A stretch of DNA of 64,000 nt from Callorhinchus milii (taxonomy: Eukaryota): assembly GCF_018977255.1 (NCBI RefSeq), contig NW_024704742.1:75580001-75644000 (forward strand), written 5' to 3'. The notes beneath the pieces were generated by a model. That model made no database searches and had not been told where the DNA came from. It saw only the letters and a list, made by a program, of their open reading frames with translations. Every line of letters starts with the position of its first letter. Positions within the stretch are counted from its first letter, which is position 1. Below are positions 14,835 through 25,720 of this stretch, piece after piece. The position numbers were made by a program, and so were the translations under genes.

Positions 14835-16622
14835 GTGTGAGTTGGCAGAGGGCACTATGTATGTGTGTGTGTGTGAGAGAGAGTTGGCAGAGGGTATTGT
14901 GTGTGTGAGAGTTGGCAGAGAGTGTTGTGTGTGAGAGTTGGCAGAGGGTGGTGTATGTGTGGTGTGTGTGAGTTGGCAGAGAGCAGAGTGTGTGTGGTGC
15001 ATGTGTGTGTGTGTGTGTGTGAGTTGGCTGAGGGTGGTGTGTGTGTGTGAGTTGGCTGAGGGTGGTGTGTGTGGGTGGTGTGTGGCAGAGGGTGGTGTGT
15101 GTGGGTGGTGTGTGTGTGGCAGAGGGTGGTGTGTATAGTGTGTGTGGGGGGGTGGTGTGTATGGTGTGTGTGGCAGAGGGCAGTGTGTGTGTATGTGAGT
15201 TGGCTGAGGGTGGTGTGTGTGGGTGGTGTGTGGCAGAGGGTGGTGTGTGTGGGTGGTGTGTGTGTGGCAGAGGGTGGTGTGTATAGTGTGTGTGTGGGGG
15301 GGTGGTGTGTATGGTGTGTGTGTGTGTGTGTGGCAGAGGGTGGTGTGTGTGATGTGTGTGTGTGTGGGTGGTGTGTATGGTGTGTGCGTGTGTGTATGGT
15401 GTGTGGGTGATGTGTATGGTGTGTGTGGTTGGTGTGTGTGTGTATATGGTGTGTGTGTATATGATGTGTATGGCGTGTGGTGTGTATGGCGTGTGGTGTA
15501 TATGGTGTGTGGTGTATATGGTGTGTGGTGTATATGGTGTGTGGTGTATATGGTGTGTGGTGTATATGGTGTGTGGTGTGTATGGTGTGTGGTGTGTATG
15601 GTGTGTGGTGTGTATGGTGTGTGGTGTGTATAGTGTGTGGTGTGTATAGTGTGTGGTGTATATAGTGTGTGGTGTATATAGCGTGTGGTGTATATAGTGT
15701 GTGTGGTGTGTATGGTGTGTGTGGGTGTGTATGGTGTGTGTGGTGTGTATGGTGTGTGTGGTGTGTATGGTGTGTGGTGTGTATGGTGTGTGTGGTGTGT
15801 ATGGTGTGTGTGGTGTGTATGGTGTGTGTGGTGTGTGTGGTGCATATGGTGTGTGTGGTGCATATGGTGTGTGTGGTGCATATGGTGTGTGTGGTGCATA
15901 TGGTGTGTGTGGTGCATATGGTGTGTGTGGTGCATATGGTGTGTGTGGTGCATATGGTGTGTGTGGTGCATATGGTGTGTGTGGTGCATATGGTGTGTGT
16001 GGTGCATATGGTGTGTGTGGTGCATATGGTGTGTGTGGTGCATATGGTGTGTGTGGTGCATATGGTGTGTGTGGTGCATATGGTGTGTGGTGTATATGGT
16101 GTGTGGTGTATATGGTGTGTGGTGTATATGGTGTGTGGTGTATATGGTGTGTGGTGTATATGGTGTGTGTGGTGTATATGGTGTGTGTGGTGTATATGGT
16201 GTGTGTGGTGTATATGGTGTGTGGTGTATATGGTGTATATGGTGTGTGGTGTATATGGTGTATATGGTGTGTGTGGTGTGTATGGTGTGTGGTGTATATG
16301 GTGTGTGCAGTGTATATGGTGTGTGCAGTGTATATGGTGTGTGCAGTGTATATGGTGTGTGGTGTATATGGTGTATATGGTGTGTGCAGTGTATATGGTG
16401 TGTGGTGTATATGGTGTATATGGTGTGTGCAGTGTATATGGTGTGTGGTGTATATGGTGTATACGGTGTGTGCAGTGTATATGGTGTGTGTGTATGTGGT
16501 GTTTATGGTGTGTGCAGTGTATATGGTGTGTGGTGTATATGGTGTATATGGTGTGTGCAGTGTATATGGTGTATACGGTGTGTGCAGTGTATATGGTGTG
16601 TGTGGTGTATATGGTGTGTGTG
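14835..16622. repeat. TG-rich (CA-rich on gene sense strand) minisatellite at the start of IGFBP7 intron 1
   Basis: Units such as GTGTGGTGTATATG, the 18-mer GGTGCATATGGTGTGTGT and GTGGCAGAGGGTGGT. It produces the spurious HHTHHM/CVWC ORFs. Confidence 0.95.
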
Positions 16623-16630
16623 TCGCTCAC

Positions 16631-17066
16631 CTGTATCACAGCCGCCTTTCCCTCTCCTGCTCACGGTGGTCCGCCCCTCCCTGAGCGCTCGGTTGGCCGC
16701 CGCTCGCAGGTCGCAGCCGTCGCTGTAGGAGACGCCGTCGCTGCCGCACACGGGGTCGGGTGACTTGCACACGCACCGCCCTTTGCCCCCCTTCCCCCTC
16801 GGGCCGCCGGGGCGCTCGCACTCGTAGCCTCGGGCGCAGCGGCCGTACTTGCCCTCGCGGCCGCCGCACGGCTCCCCGGGACCGGCGGCGCACACCGAGC
16901 AGCAGCCGCAGCGGTCCGACAGCCGCCCCCGCGGGCAGCCCTCGGGGGGCAGCGGCGGGCACTGCCCGGGCTGGCAGGGCGGGCAGCGCGCCGCGACCCG
17001 CTTCTGCCCGGCCAGGGCCGGCACCAGCAGCAGCCACAGCCCGGAGAGCAGCAGCTCCGCTCGCAT
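16631..17066 (-). CDS. IGFBP7: IGFBP7-like, coding part of exon 1 (signal peptide, IGFBP N-terminal domain, Kazal domain); later exons not found in window
   Basis: GCCATG start at 17066. Translation [20 protein letters not shown]...[42 protein letters not shown]...[48 protein letters not shown]. Ends in a phase-1 donor G|GTGAG at 16631/16630. The motifs CPPLPPxGC, CGCCxxC and CVCKSxxPVCGSDG...GCxLRAA match IGFBP7 exon 1. Ortholog versus paralog cannot be settled here. Confidence 0.85.
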
Positions 17067-17134
17067 GGCAGGGCGCGGGGAGAGGTCTCTGCTGCCGAGC
17101 AAACGTGCGGCTTCCCCTCGGCTTCCACTACTGA

Positions 17135-17180
17135 CTGACTGACTGCGGAGGGTCTGAGCCCAGAGCCACTTATACAGCAG
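17135..17180 (-). promoter_or_regulatory. Core promoter of the IGFBP7-like gene: TATA box and Inr-like repeats
   Basis: Minus strand reads CTGTATAAGTGG (TATAA at 17170-17174), followed about 25-35 nt later by CAGTCAGTCAGT. This is about 105 nt upstream of the ATG, at the edge of a CpG island (about 16620-17150). Confidence 0.6.
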
Positions 17181-18590
17181 CCAGACTCCACCCTGCCCTG
17201 CCCTGCCCTGCCAGGCACCCTGCCCTGCCCTGCCTGCCCTGCCCTGCCAGGCACCCTGCCCTGCCCTGCCTGCCCTGCCAGGCACCCTGCCCTGCCCTGC
17301 CCTGCCAGGCACCCTGCCCTGCCCTGCCCTGCCAGGCACCCTGCCCTGCCCTGCCAGACTCCACCCTGCCCTGCCCTGCCCTGCCAGGCACCCGGCCCTG
17401 CCCTGCCCTGCCAGGTACCCTGCTCTGCCCTGCCCTGCCCTGCCAGACTCCACCCTACCCTGCCCTGCCCTGCCAGGCACCCTGCCCTGCCCTGCCCTGC
17501 CAGGTACCCTGCCCTGCCCTGCCCTGCCCTGCCAGACTCCACCCTACCCTGCCCTGCCCTGCCAGGCACCCTGCCCTGCCCTGCCAGGCACCCTGCCCTG
17601 CCCTGCCCTGCCCTGCCAGGCACCTTGCCCTGCCCTGCCAGGCAAACACCCTGCCCTGCCCTGCCAGGCACCCTGCCCTGCCCTGTCCTGCCAGGCAAAC
17701 ACCCTGCCCTGCCTGCCCTGCCCTGCCAGGCACCCTGCCCTGCCCTGCCCTGCCAGGCAAACACCCTGCCCTGCCCTGCCAGGCAAACACCCTGCCCTAC
17801 CCTGCCCTGCCCTGCCAGGCAAACACCCTGCCCTGCCCTGCCAGGCAAACGCCCTGCCCTGCCCTGCCAGGCAAACACCCTGCCCTGCCCTGCCAGGCAA
17901 ACACCTTGCCCTGCCCTGCCAGGCAAACACCCTGCCCTGCCAGGCAAACACCCTGCCCTGCCCTGCCAGGCAAACACCCTGCCCTGCCCTGCCAGGCAAA
18001 CACCCTGCCCTGCCCTGCCAGGCAAACACCCTGCCCTGCCCTCCCCTGCCCTCCCCTGCCCTGCCAGGCAAACACCCTGCCCTGCCCTGCCCTGCCAGGC
18101 AAACACCCTGCCCTGCCCTGCCCTGCCAGGCAAACACCCTGCCCTGCCCTGCCAGGCAAACACCTTGCCCTGCCCTGCCAGGCAAACACCCTGCCCTGCC
18201 CTGCCTGCGCTGCCTGCCCTGCCCTGCCCTGCCAGGCAAACACCCTGCCCTGCCCTGCCAGGCAAACACCCAGCCCTGCCCTGCCAGGCAAACACCCTGC
18301 CCTGCCCTGCCCTGCCAGGCAAACACCCTGCCCTGCCCTGCCAGGCAAACACCTTGCCCTGCCCTGCCAGGCAAACACCCTGCCCTGCCCTGCCTGCGCT
18401 GCCTGCCCTGCCCTGCCCTGCCAGGCAAACACCCAGCCCTGCCCTGCCAGGCAAATACCCAGCCCTGCCCTGCCCTGCCAGGCAAACACCCAGCCCTGCC
18501 CTGCCAGGCAAACACCCTGCCCTCCCCTGCCCTGCCAGGGAAACACCCAGCCCTACCTTGCCCTGCCAGGCAAACACCCAGCCCGAGCAC
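17181..18590. repeat. G-rich pentamer-based minisatellite (GGGCA)n on the gene's sense strand, with TGCCAGGCA and CAAACAC variants
   Basis: Plus strand is (CCCTG)n punctuated by CCAGGCACCC (proximal) and CCAGGCAAACACCC (distal). It produces the spurious GRAGQG/PCPAL ORFs. Confidence 0.95.
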
Positions 18591-19275
18591 CCCACTCCCT
18601 TTACATCCCCCCCCCCCCCCCAACCACACACACACACATACTCACTCACACACTGGTCCAGGCTTTCCTCCTGTGGTTTGCTTTGCTTTGCTTTGATTTG
18701 CAAAACCTTCAAGATTCGGGAATTTGCAATTTTTTAAAAAGTTTCCAAGCATTTTTAAAAAAAAAAACAATCGCTGATCGTGAGCTCAGTGAAAGACATG
18801 CATTTTGAAAGTTTTGCAAATCGATTTCAAAGCATAAAATTCCACCCACCCCCCCTCCCCCACAAAAAAAGACAGAAAAATAAAAATATACAATTTATAT
18901 ATAGATAGAGAACCAACTCAAGAGTTCACCCACAATGAAAAATAATGAATTGCTATCACTGGGGTATTTATCAGTATGAATTATAAATACTTCTTTAAAA
19001 ATATTCTTTAATGTATATAGGTTAGCTGCAGTGCAGTTGAAACTCATAGTTAAAGTGAAGTTTATACTGTATCCATCTCCTAATTTGTTAGTTTGGAATT
19101 TTGGCTTCCATCAATTTCAAATGAAAGAAACACAATTATAATCTGTATAATAATCTATAATAAAGTGCAAACATGCATTGAAATCGTCAAACCCATATTT
19201 GTTTTTACAAATATTTACAAATATCGGAACTGATGCGAAAAAGTAACCTAAATAGTGAGTTGCCCTCTTATTGAA

Positions 19276-19312
19276 AAAAATGTAAAATACTGCAGATGCC
19301 GGAAATCTTTCT
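19276..19312. mobile_element. Very short end fragment of the same Penelope-type family, with target-site duplication
   Basis: aaaatgtaaaatactgcagatgccggaaatc matches 22630-22660. ctcttattgaa occurs at 19265-19275 and 19313-19323. Confidence 0.65.
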
Positions 19313-19469
19313 CTCTTATTGAAGTGCTTACAAAGTGAGGTTCAACATACTATAGGTTGTCCTGAATCTGGAATAGATCTAGTACAACTCCTACCATTCC
19401 TCCTTACCCCATTCAATCATTTAATCCAAGCAAGTGAACAGGAAATAACATTATGGGATATATTACATA

Positions 19470-21915
19470 TTTCACTCACTGAAATAGTGTTTGGGTAGAT
19501 TTCTTCTGAATTTACCCCCCTTCAATCACAGGCCATGTCCTCTGGCTTTACTATTCTTGACAAGTTGAAACAGTCTGTCATGACCTATATTGTTTTGCCC
19601 CTTTAGAATCTTAAAGACGGCAATCATGTCACCTCTCAATCTTCTCTTTTCCAGCGGGAACATGCCCAATTTACCTAGTCGCTCTTCACAGTCCAGTACT
19701 TCCATTCCCTCGATCATTTTAGTTGCCCTCCTCTTATCTTCTGGATTTCTCCAATATCCTTTTTGTACTGCGGCGACTAGAACTGTACACAGTACTCTAA
19801 GTAAGGTCTCACCAATGTTTTATACAGCGGCAGGATTACTCCACTATTTTGGCTTGCTATTGATCTTTTGATACATCCCAACATCTGGTTTGCTTTACTC
19901 ACTGTCACAGAGCATTGTTGGGAGAGCTTCAATTTATTGTCAATCAGGACCTCCAAGTCGTTTACATTTTCCATACATATTACTTTACTTCCATTCAAAT
20001 AATAGTGCCTTTCAGGATTTTTTGTACCCATGTGAAGTACTTTACATTTCTTCCCATTGAACTTCATTTGCCACTGATCTGCCCAATTCCCAAGTATGTT
20101 CAAATCCTCCTGTAACCTATCTTGTTCAGCTTCGCAATCTACCACTTTCATTAGCTTGGTGTCATCTACAAACTTAGTCACTGTGCTTATGACTCCTAGT
20201 TCCAGATCATTTGTAAAAATATTGAACAAAAGAGGCCCTGAAACGGACCCTTGTGGAACTCCACTGGTAACATTTTCCCAATCTGATGATATTCCCTGTA
20301 CCACCACCCTTTGGGTTCTGTGGTCAATCAATTGTGTATCCATTGTAATATACCTCCACTGATTCCTGCTTTCTTTACTTTCAGTACCAGCCTCTCAAGA
20401 GGAACTGTATCAAAGGCCTTACTGAAATCCAGATATACAACATGCACAGTCTTATCCTTATCAAGTTCCCTTGTTACACTGTCAAAGAAAAACAGTAAAT
20501 TAGATTGGCAAGACCTTCCCTTCATGAACTCATATTGATTATAATTTATGATTTTATTTCTGTCCAGATGCTCCATGATTTTATCCTTAAGAGTCTCCAT
20601 AATATTACCCACAAAGGAAGTCAAACTTACTAGTCTGTAGTGTCCTGGGTCACTTTTGTTACCTTTCTTAAAAGTAGGAGTAACATCTGCCTCTCTCCAA
20701 TCACCTCTCTCCAGTATTCAGTGATTTTTGAAAGATTTGTGCCAGCGTTTCTGCAATTTGCTTCCTTAGTTCCTTAAGGATCCTCGGATGCAATTTATCC
20801 GGCCCCTGAGGTTTATTTACCTTAAGTTTACACAGCTGTTTGGCAACCATGCTGGTAATGATATGAATAGTGTCACAACTTTTCTCTGACACTTCCTTGA
20901 GTTCTCTTTCCAGATCAGATAGGTTATCTGTCTTCTCCTTGGTAAAGACTGATGCAAAAAACTTATTTAGCAACTTATTTGTAGCCTGTGTAGCGTTATT
21001 TGTCATGTTGTCTCCTGAACGCACCTTCAGTGGTCCTATTCCATTGCTTGTTTTTCTTCTACTCTTAATGTAACTAAAAAACATTTTGTTATTATCCCTC
21101 ACACCTCTTGCCATTTTCAATTCAATGGTTTTCTTTGCCGCCTTTTTTGCAGTCCTGGCATGCCTTCTGGTATTGAGTCCGACTTATTTCTGTGCCATTT
21201 TCCTTCATGGCCTTAAATGCTTCTTTATTCCTCTTTATGATTTGGTTTATAAAGAAGACATGCAATACCAGAAAGCATGCCACGACTGCCCCATCCTCTG
21301 GAACTCCAACACGCAGTCCCTCCGCCTTGCCCCCTCCCTTGCCACCTTCAAGACCCATCGCAAGACCCTCTTCTTCGACCGTGCTTTCGATCTCCCTGCT
21401 TCCGCCCCCTGCCCTCCACCCTCCCTGACCCTAACCCCCAGCTTGGGTCCGTAACTCTGTCTGTCCAGCGTTTTGGGACGTCCTGCCAACGTGAAGGGCG
21501 CTTTACAAATGTAATTTTGTTGTTGTTGTTTGTAGCCCTGGCCAACCAGGCAGGAGTGCCTTTAAGCTTGGTACCTTTGCTTCGCATGAATACACATTGT
21601 TCGATTGCCTTCATAATCACCTCCTTGAAGAAACTCCATAGGTCCTCCACTCCCATTGCTATATTTAAGCCTGCCAAGCCCACTCTGACTAGGTTTCTCA
21701 AGCGCACAAAGTCAGTCCTCTTGAAATTTGGCAGTTTTGTTTCGGTCTTTAGAAACTCACCAACTCTGTGATGTCAAATGTGACTGCATTGTGACCGCTG
21801 TTGCTTAATGCTTCTCTCACCTTTATTTTGGAGATGTGGTCATCCCTGTTACTCATTATCAAATCCAAGAAGTTATTTCCCCTTGTTGGTTCTTTTACAA
21901 ACTGAGTCATAAAAC
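19470..21915 (-). mobile_element. CR1 LINE, degraded ORF2 (end of endonuclease plus reverse transcriptase), interrupted by an L2 fragment
   Basis: ORF fragments contain GPDKLHPRILKEL, YLDFSKAFDTVP, VTSGVPQGSVSGPLLFNIF, KFVDDTKL, LVRPYLEYCVQF and LEKRRLRGDMI. Frameshifts and stops are present. Confidence 0.95.
21290..21531 (+). mobile_element. L2 3' fragment nested in CR1
   Basis: LWNSNTQSLRLAPSLATFKTHRKTLFF and tail ttgggacgtcc...cgtgaagggcgctttacaaatg...(ttg)n. Confidence 0.85.
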
Positions 21916-22539
21916 ATTGTGAATTGTAAATGCTTTAAAATTCAGAGCATTTTATTACAAGACATTACAGGACAAGATAGATTACCATTCAATGCTTAAA
22001 ATATCAGCAACGTTGTGCAAATAGTTGCAGAATGACAAGACCCTGCTTAGCCATTCAGTGTTCTGTCTGGTCAGGCTGCAACTCGTTCCCTTCCTCTCCA
22101 CATTTAAAGCCTGCTTTAAGACCTATCTTTCTGCTTTTGGACTTCTCAGTTTGCCTAACCCTGAGCAAGGGCACCCAGTTAGATGTTGAAGCTCTTTGAC
22201 ACATTGTCCAAACATGAAAGGTGCTATATAAATGTAACTTGTTGTAGTGTCGTATAAAGTTCTGATCATGGTGATGTAAGTGGGCTGCCAAGAGAATAAC
22301 TGTTTTCTAGTTGAAAAACAACTAGATAAATTAACTTGGAGATAAAAATTCAGTTTAGTGTTATACACATTACCTTTAACAATCTCAGCCTTTAATGGGA
22401 TTCTCACATTGGCAAAGACACTGAATTTAAGGCTGAATGGAATTTATAACCCATGGGTTTTCATCCTTGAAAATAAATGTTTCACATGGGACCTTATATA
22501 AGTATGTAAGGTGCAAAATGGGGTTGAGAAAGTAATTTC

Positions 22540-22980
22540 AAAACAATACTTGGCATGTTAAGAGAACAAGAGGATCCAGGCTCAGAGTTGTGAAAGGAAA
22601 GTTTAAAACAGTTACCAGGAAGTATTTACAAAATGCAAAATACTGTAGATGCTGGAAATCGGAAAACAAAAACATAAGTCGCTGGGAAAACTCAGCAGGT
22701 CAGGCAGCATCTATGGAGAAAGGAAAGTGAATCAACATTTTGGGTCAGTTCTGACGAAGGATTGCGAACCCGAAACGTTGACTCACTTTCCTTTCTCCAT
22801 AGATGCTGCCTGACCTGCTGAGTGTTCCCAGCGACTTCTGTTTTTGTTACCAGGAAGTCTTTATTTCACTAGTGGGTAATTAATAGCTAGAACTGGTTAC
22901 CAAGAAGATTTGTAGAGGCCAAGATACTGGACCTGTTTAAGAACCAGCTTAATGTTGTGATGGGTAGATCATACCTCTCT
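22540..22980 (+). mobile_element. Old CR1 3' fragment hosting the Penelope-type insertion at 22628-22845
   Basis: agaacaagagg...gttgtgaaaggaaagtttaaaaca...aggaagt...gtagaggcc resembles the CR1 ORF2 C-terminus. Confidence 0.55.
22628..22845. mobile_element. Short fold-back Penelope-type insertion with about 80-bp inverted arms, a hammerhead-like core and a target-site duplication
   Basis: Arms at about 22666-22746 and 22767-22848 are reverse complements. Flanked by gttaccaggaagt(a/c)ttt at 22611-22627 and 22846-22862. The Penelope assignment is inferred from the motif. Confidence 0.75.
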
Positions 22981-24329
22981 TTTGATGAGACAAGGAATGG
23001 TTGTAAGGAATGGGGATGAGTTCTGCCAGCAATGAAGCCAATCTAATCCATCCAAAGATAACTTTGTAACATGAAGGCAGATATCTTCAATGTGGTATTG
23101 ACTGAGCATTTATTGCACTAAGGAACAGAAACAAATCAATGCCTTGAATGGAGCATGTAGCATCCCATTTATAAGGCAGAAATATGTGTGACATTTACCT
23201 CGGATTGATCGATGTTATTGTCAGAAATATAATAATTCTTGCATTTAATATAACACTTTTCACATTGGAAGGATGTCTCAAAGTCTTCAGGAATAAACTG
23301 TAATGTCTGTAGTGATGTATGTTTTGTAGGTGAACACAGCAGACAATTTGCACACAATAATGTCACAAACAGCCATGTTGTGAATGTCCAATTTTATTTG
23401 GGGTATTTTTGGGTATGAGGAAAAATTCCCTATCTTTCCAAATAGTGCCATAAGATCTTTAATGTCCACCTGAATTGGCAGAAGGAACCTTGGTTTAACC
23501 TCTCATCCAAAGGACACCACCTCCAACAATGAGGTGCACTCTCAGCATTGCATTGGAGTGTAAGCCTAGATTTTATGAGTTCAATGGGTATAATGAGAAT
23601 GCATTTGTCTATATATTGTCTGCATATTTGTTTATTGTGATGGTGCAGATGACTGAAAACAAATGCCTCCTGTTTGCTTGGACGATTCATCTTTACATGG
23701 ATTTTATGCTTCTCAATCATCCAAGGAATGTCCAGTTCCTTATATAATAATAATAATACAATTTAATGACATAATAATAATTACTGTATATTATTTGAAT
23801 TGCTATACAGGTAGAGCAAATTTAGACCTAGGTGGAATTTCTAACCATGCTGCTGGCATCCCTACTAAGGCTTTGTTTTTACCTATATAAATATATGTAT
23901 ATATGTATATATATATTTATATATGTAAAAACAAACCCTTAGCGGGGTCTAATTTGTGGATTTCTTCACCCGGATGTCTTAATAAAGAATCTCATTCAAT
24001 TAGCAATTGACCCATGGAACTTCCAGTTTGGAATTAGATTGTATTAGAACCGAGTTAATTGGCGTGACGTACTCCTAAGTATTGGAAGGAAGGACCCATG
24101 TTCAGGAATCCCATTAAGAAATTCTTCAGATTTGATCCCAGTTTTGCAACGCAGTATTATCCAAATGGGTGACTGGCAGATTTGAATTTTTTTGTACTAA
24201 GCCCTTCCAGACCAAATGGACATGGTAATGGAGCAACACCATGAGGTAATTGATGAGAAGTGCAACTCCCAGCATACAAAAGTGTGGAACTACATGAATG
24301 GACAACATCAACATTGTCTTGCTCTTGGG

Positions 24330-24696
24330 ATAATAATAATAATAATCCTTGCATTTGATTTATCACGTCTTCGAGACGTCTCAAAGCGCTTCACAGAATA
24401 GACTGTAAAGTGAATTGATTGTATATTTTGTGAGCTAAACACGGCGCCAATTGCGCACAGCAGTGTCCCACAAACAGTCATGGATTGTATTACCAAATTA
24501 TTAAAAAAAAATGTAAGGAATTATTACCCACGGAAAAGCTACCTGCCAATCAACTAACAACTGGTTCCTATTTACTGCTAGGTAAACAGAGGCATGTGGA
24601 GTAAGGCAACTTGCCCAGGATTTTGCTTTGCCAGGAATCAAACCCAGGTCTCTCGCTTACGAGGCGAGTGCTCTAATTACTGAGCTACAGGACTCC
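24330..24696 (-). mobile_element. tRNA-derived SINE, long subfamily with an extra central segment
   Basis: Same head and tail plus about 70 nt containing CCTCTGTTTACCTAGCAGTAAATAGG. Confidence 0.9.
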
Positions 24697-24894
24697 ACAA
24701 GGCATGCCAGCAGCATGGGTAGAACTTCCACCTGGGTCTAAACTTACTCTACCTGTAAGCAATTCAAAGCGCCCCGAATTTGGCAACTTCTTAAATACAT
24801 TCATAATTTTGAAGCCATTTGTTTGTAAATTTCTTTTAACCTACAACTTTAAAGTTAAGGCCAAATTCAACAATTTCCTAATTCCTGGATGTTT

Positions 24895-25216
24895 TAATAA
24901 TAATAATAATAATCCTTGCATTTGATATAGCGCTTTTCACGTTGGGAGGACGTCCCAAAGCGCTTCACAGAATACACTGTAAAGTGAATTGACTGTATAT
25001 TTGTGGGCGAACGCGGCAGCCAATTGCGCACAGCAATGTCCCACAAACAGTCGTAGATTGAAAATGACCAATTTATTATTGTTTTGTTTTTGGAGGGATT
25101 ATTATTAGGCTCTGTGTGGAGTAAGGAAACTTGCCCAAGGTTTCGCCCTGACTGGAATTGAACTCAGTTCTCTCGCTTGCAAAGCAAGTGCTCTAACCAC
25201 TGAGCTACAGGACTCC
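24895..25216 (-). mobile_element. tRNA-derived SINE, short subfamily
   Basis: Same head (ctaaccactgagctacaggactcc) and tail as the other copies. Confidence 0.92.
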
Positions 25217-25573
25217 ACTACAGTCCACTGTTTTGAAATGCTAAGTGAATTTAGACTAGAGTGGCATTTCTTCACAGCTATTTTGTTAAACAAGGAATGA
25301 AACCAGAGGGAGCAGCTCCTATTGTGCAATGGATAGAGTTGTTGATTACCAACCAGGTGCTTGCTGTTTGAATTGAAGTCTGTGATGATATTACTGGTCT
25401 TACTAGGGATGCATGGTTCCTCGGTTACAGAGATAATAAAACACCTGCTCCTATTCCCTTTACAAAACCCTATGGTAGTTATGTGCATGTGTGACAGCTG
25501 GGTGGGGAGATGTCAGGATGTTTAATTATTTTTTAATAATAATAATAATCCTTGCATTTGATATAGCATTTTA

Positions 25574-25720
25574 TCATAGAATCATAGAACATTACAGCAC
25601 ACAAGGAGGCCATTTGGCCCATCATGCCTGCCACCTCTTTGAAAGAGCTACCCAATCAGTCCCACTCCCCTGCTCTTTCCCCACTTCCTTGCAATTGTTT
25701 CCTTTTCAAGTATCTGTCTA
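25574..25720 (-). mobile_element. CR1 3' terminal fragment
   Basis: catagaatcatagaacattacagcacacaaggaggccatttggccc is the reverse complement of a CR1 (ATTCTATG)n tail. Confidence 0.65.

Noticed and set aside
15840..16085. Regular 18-bp repeats that could be mistaken for a CRISPR array
   Set aside because: Head-to-tail tandem units with no unique spacers, in vertebrate DNA.
14766..16763. Long His/Thr-rich and Cys/Val/Trp-rich ORFs (327-594 aa)
   Set aside because: They are translations of the TG/CA minisatellite, open in several frames on both strands.
16661..18808. 683 aa and overlapping GRAGQG/PCPAL ORFs, including a possible N-terminal extension of IGFBP7
   Set aside because: They are pentamer-repeat artefacts. 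The real start is the Kozak ATG at 17066, downstream of the TATA box and followed by a signal peptide.
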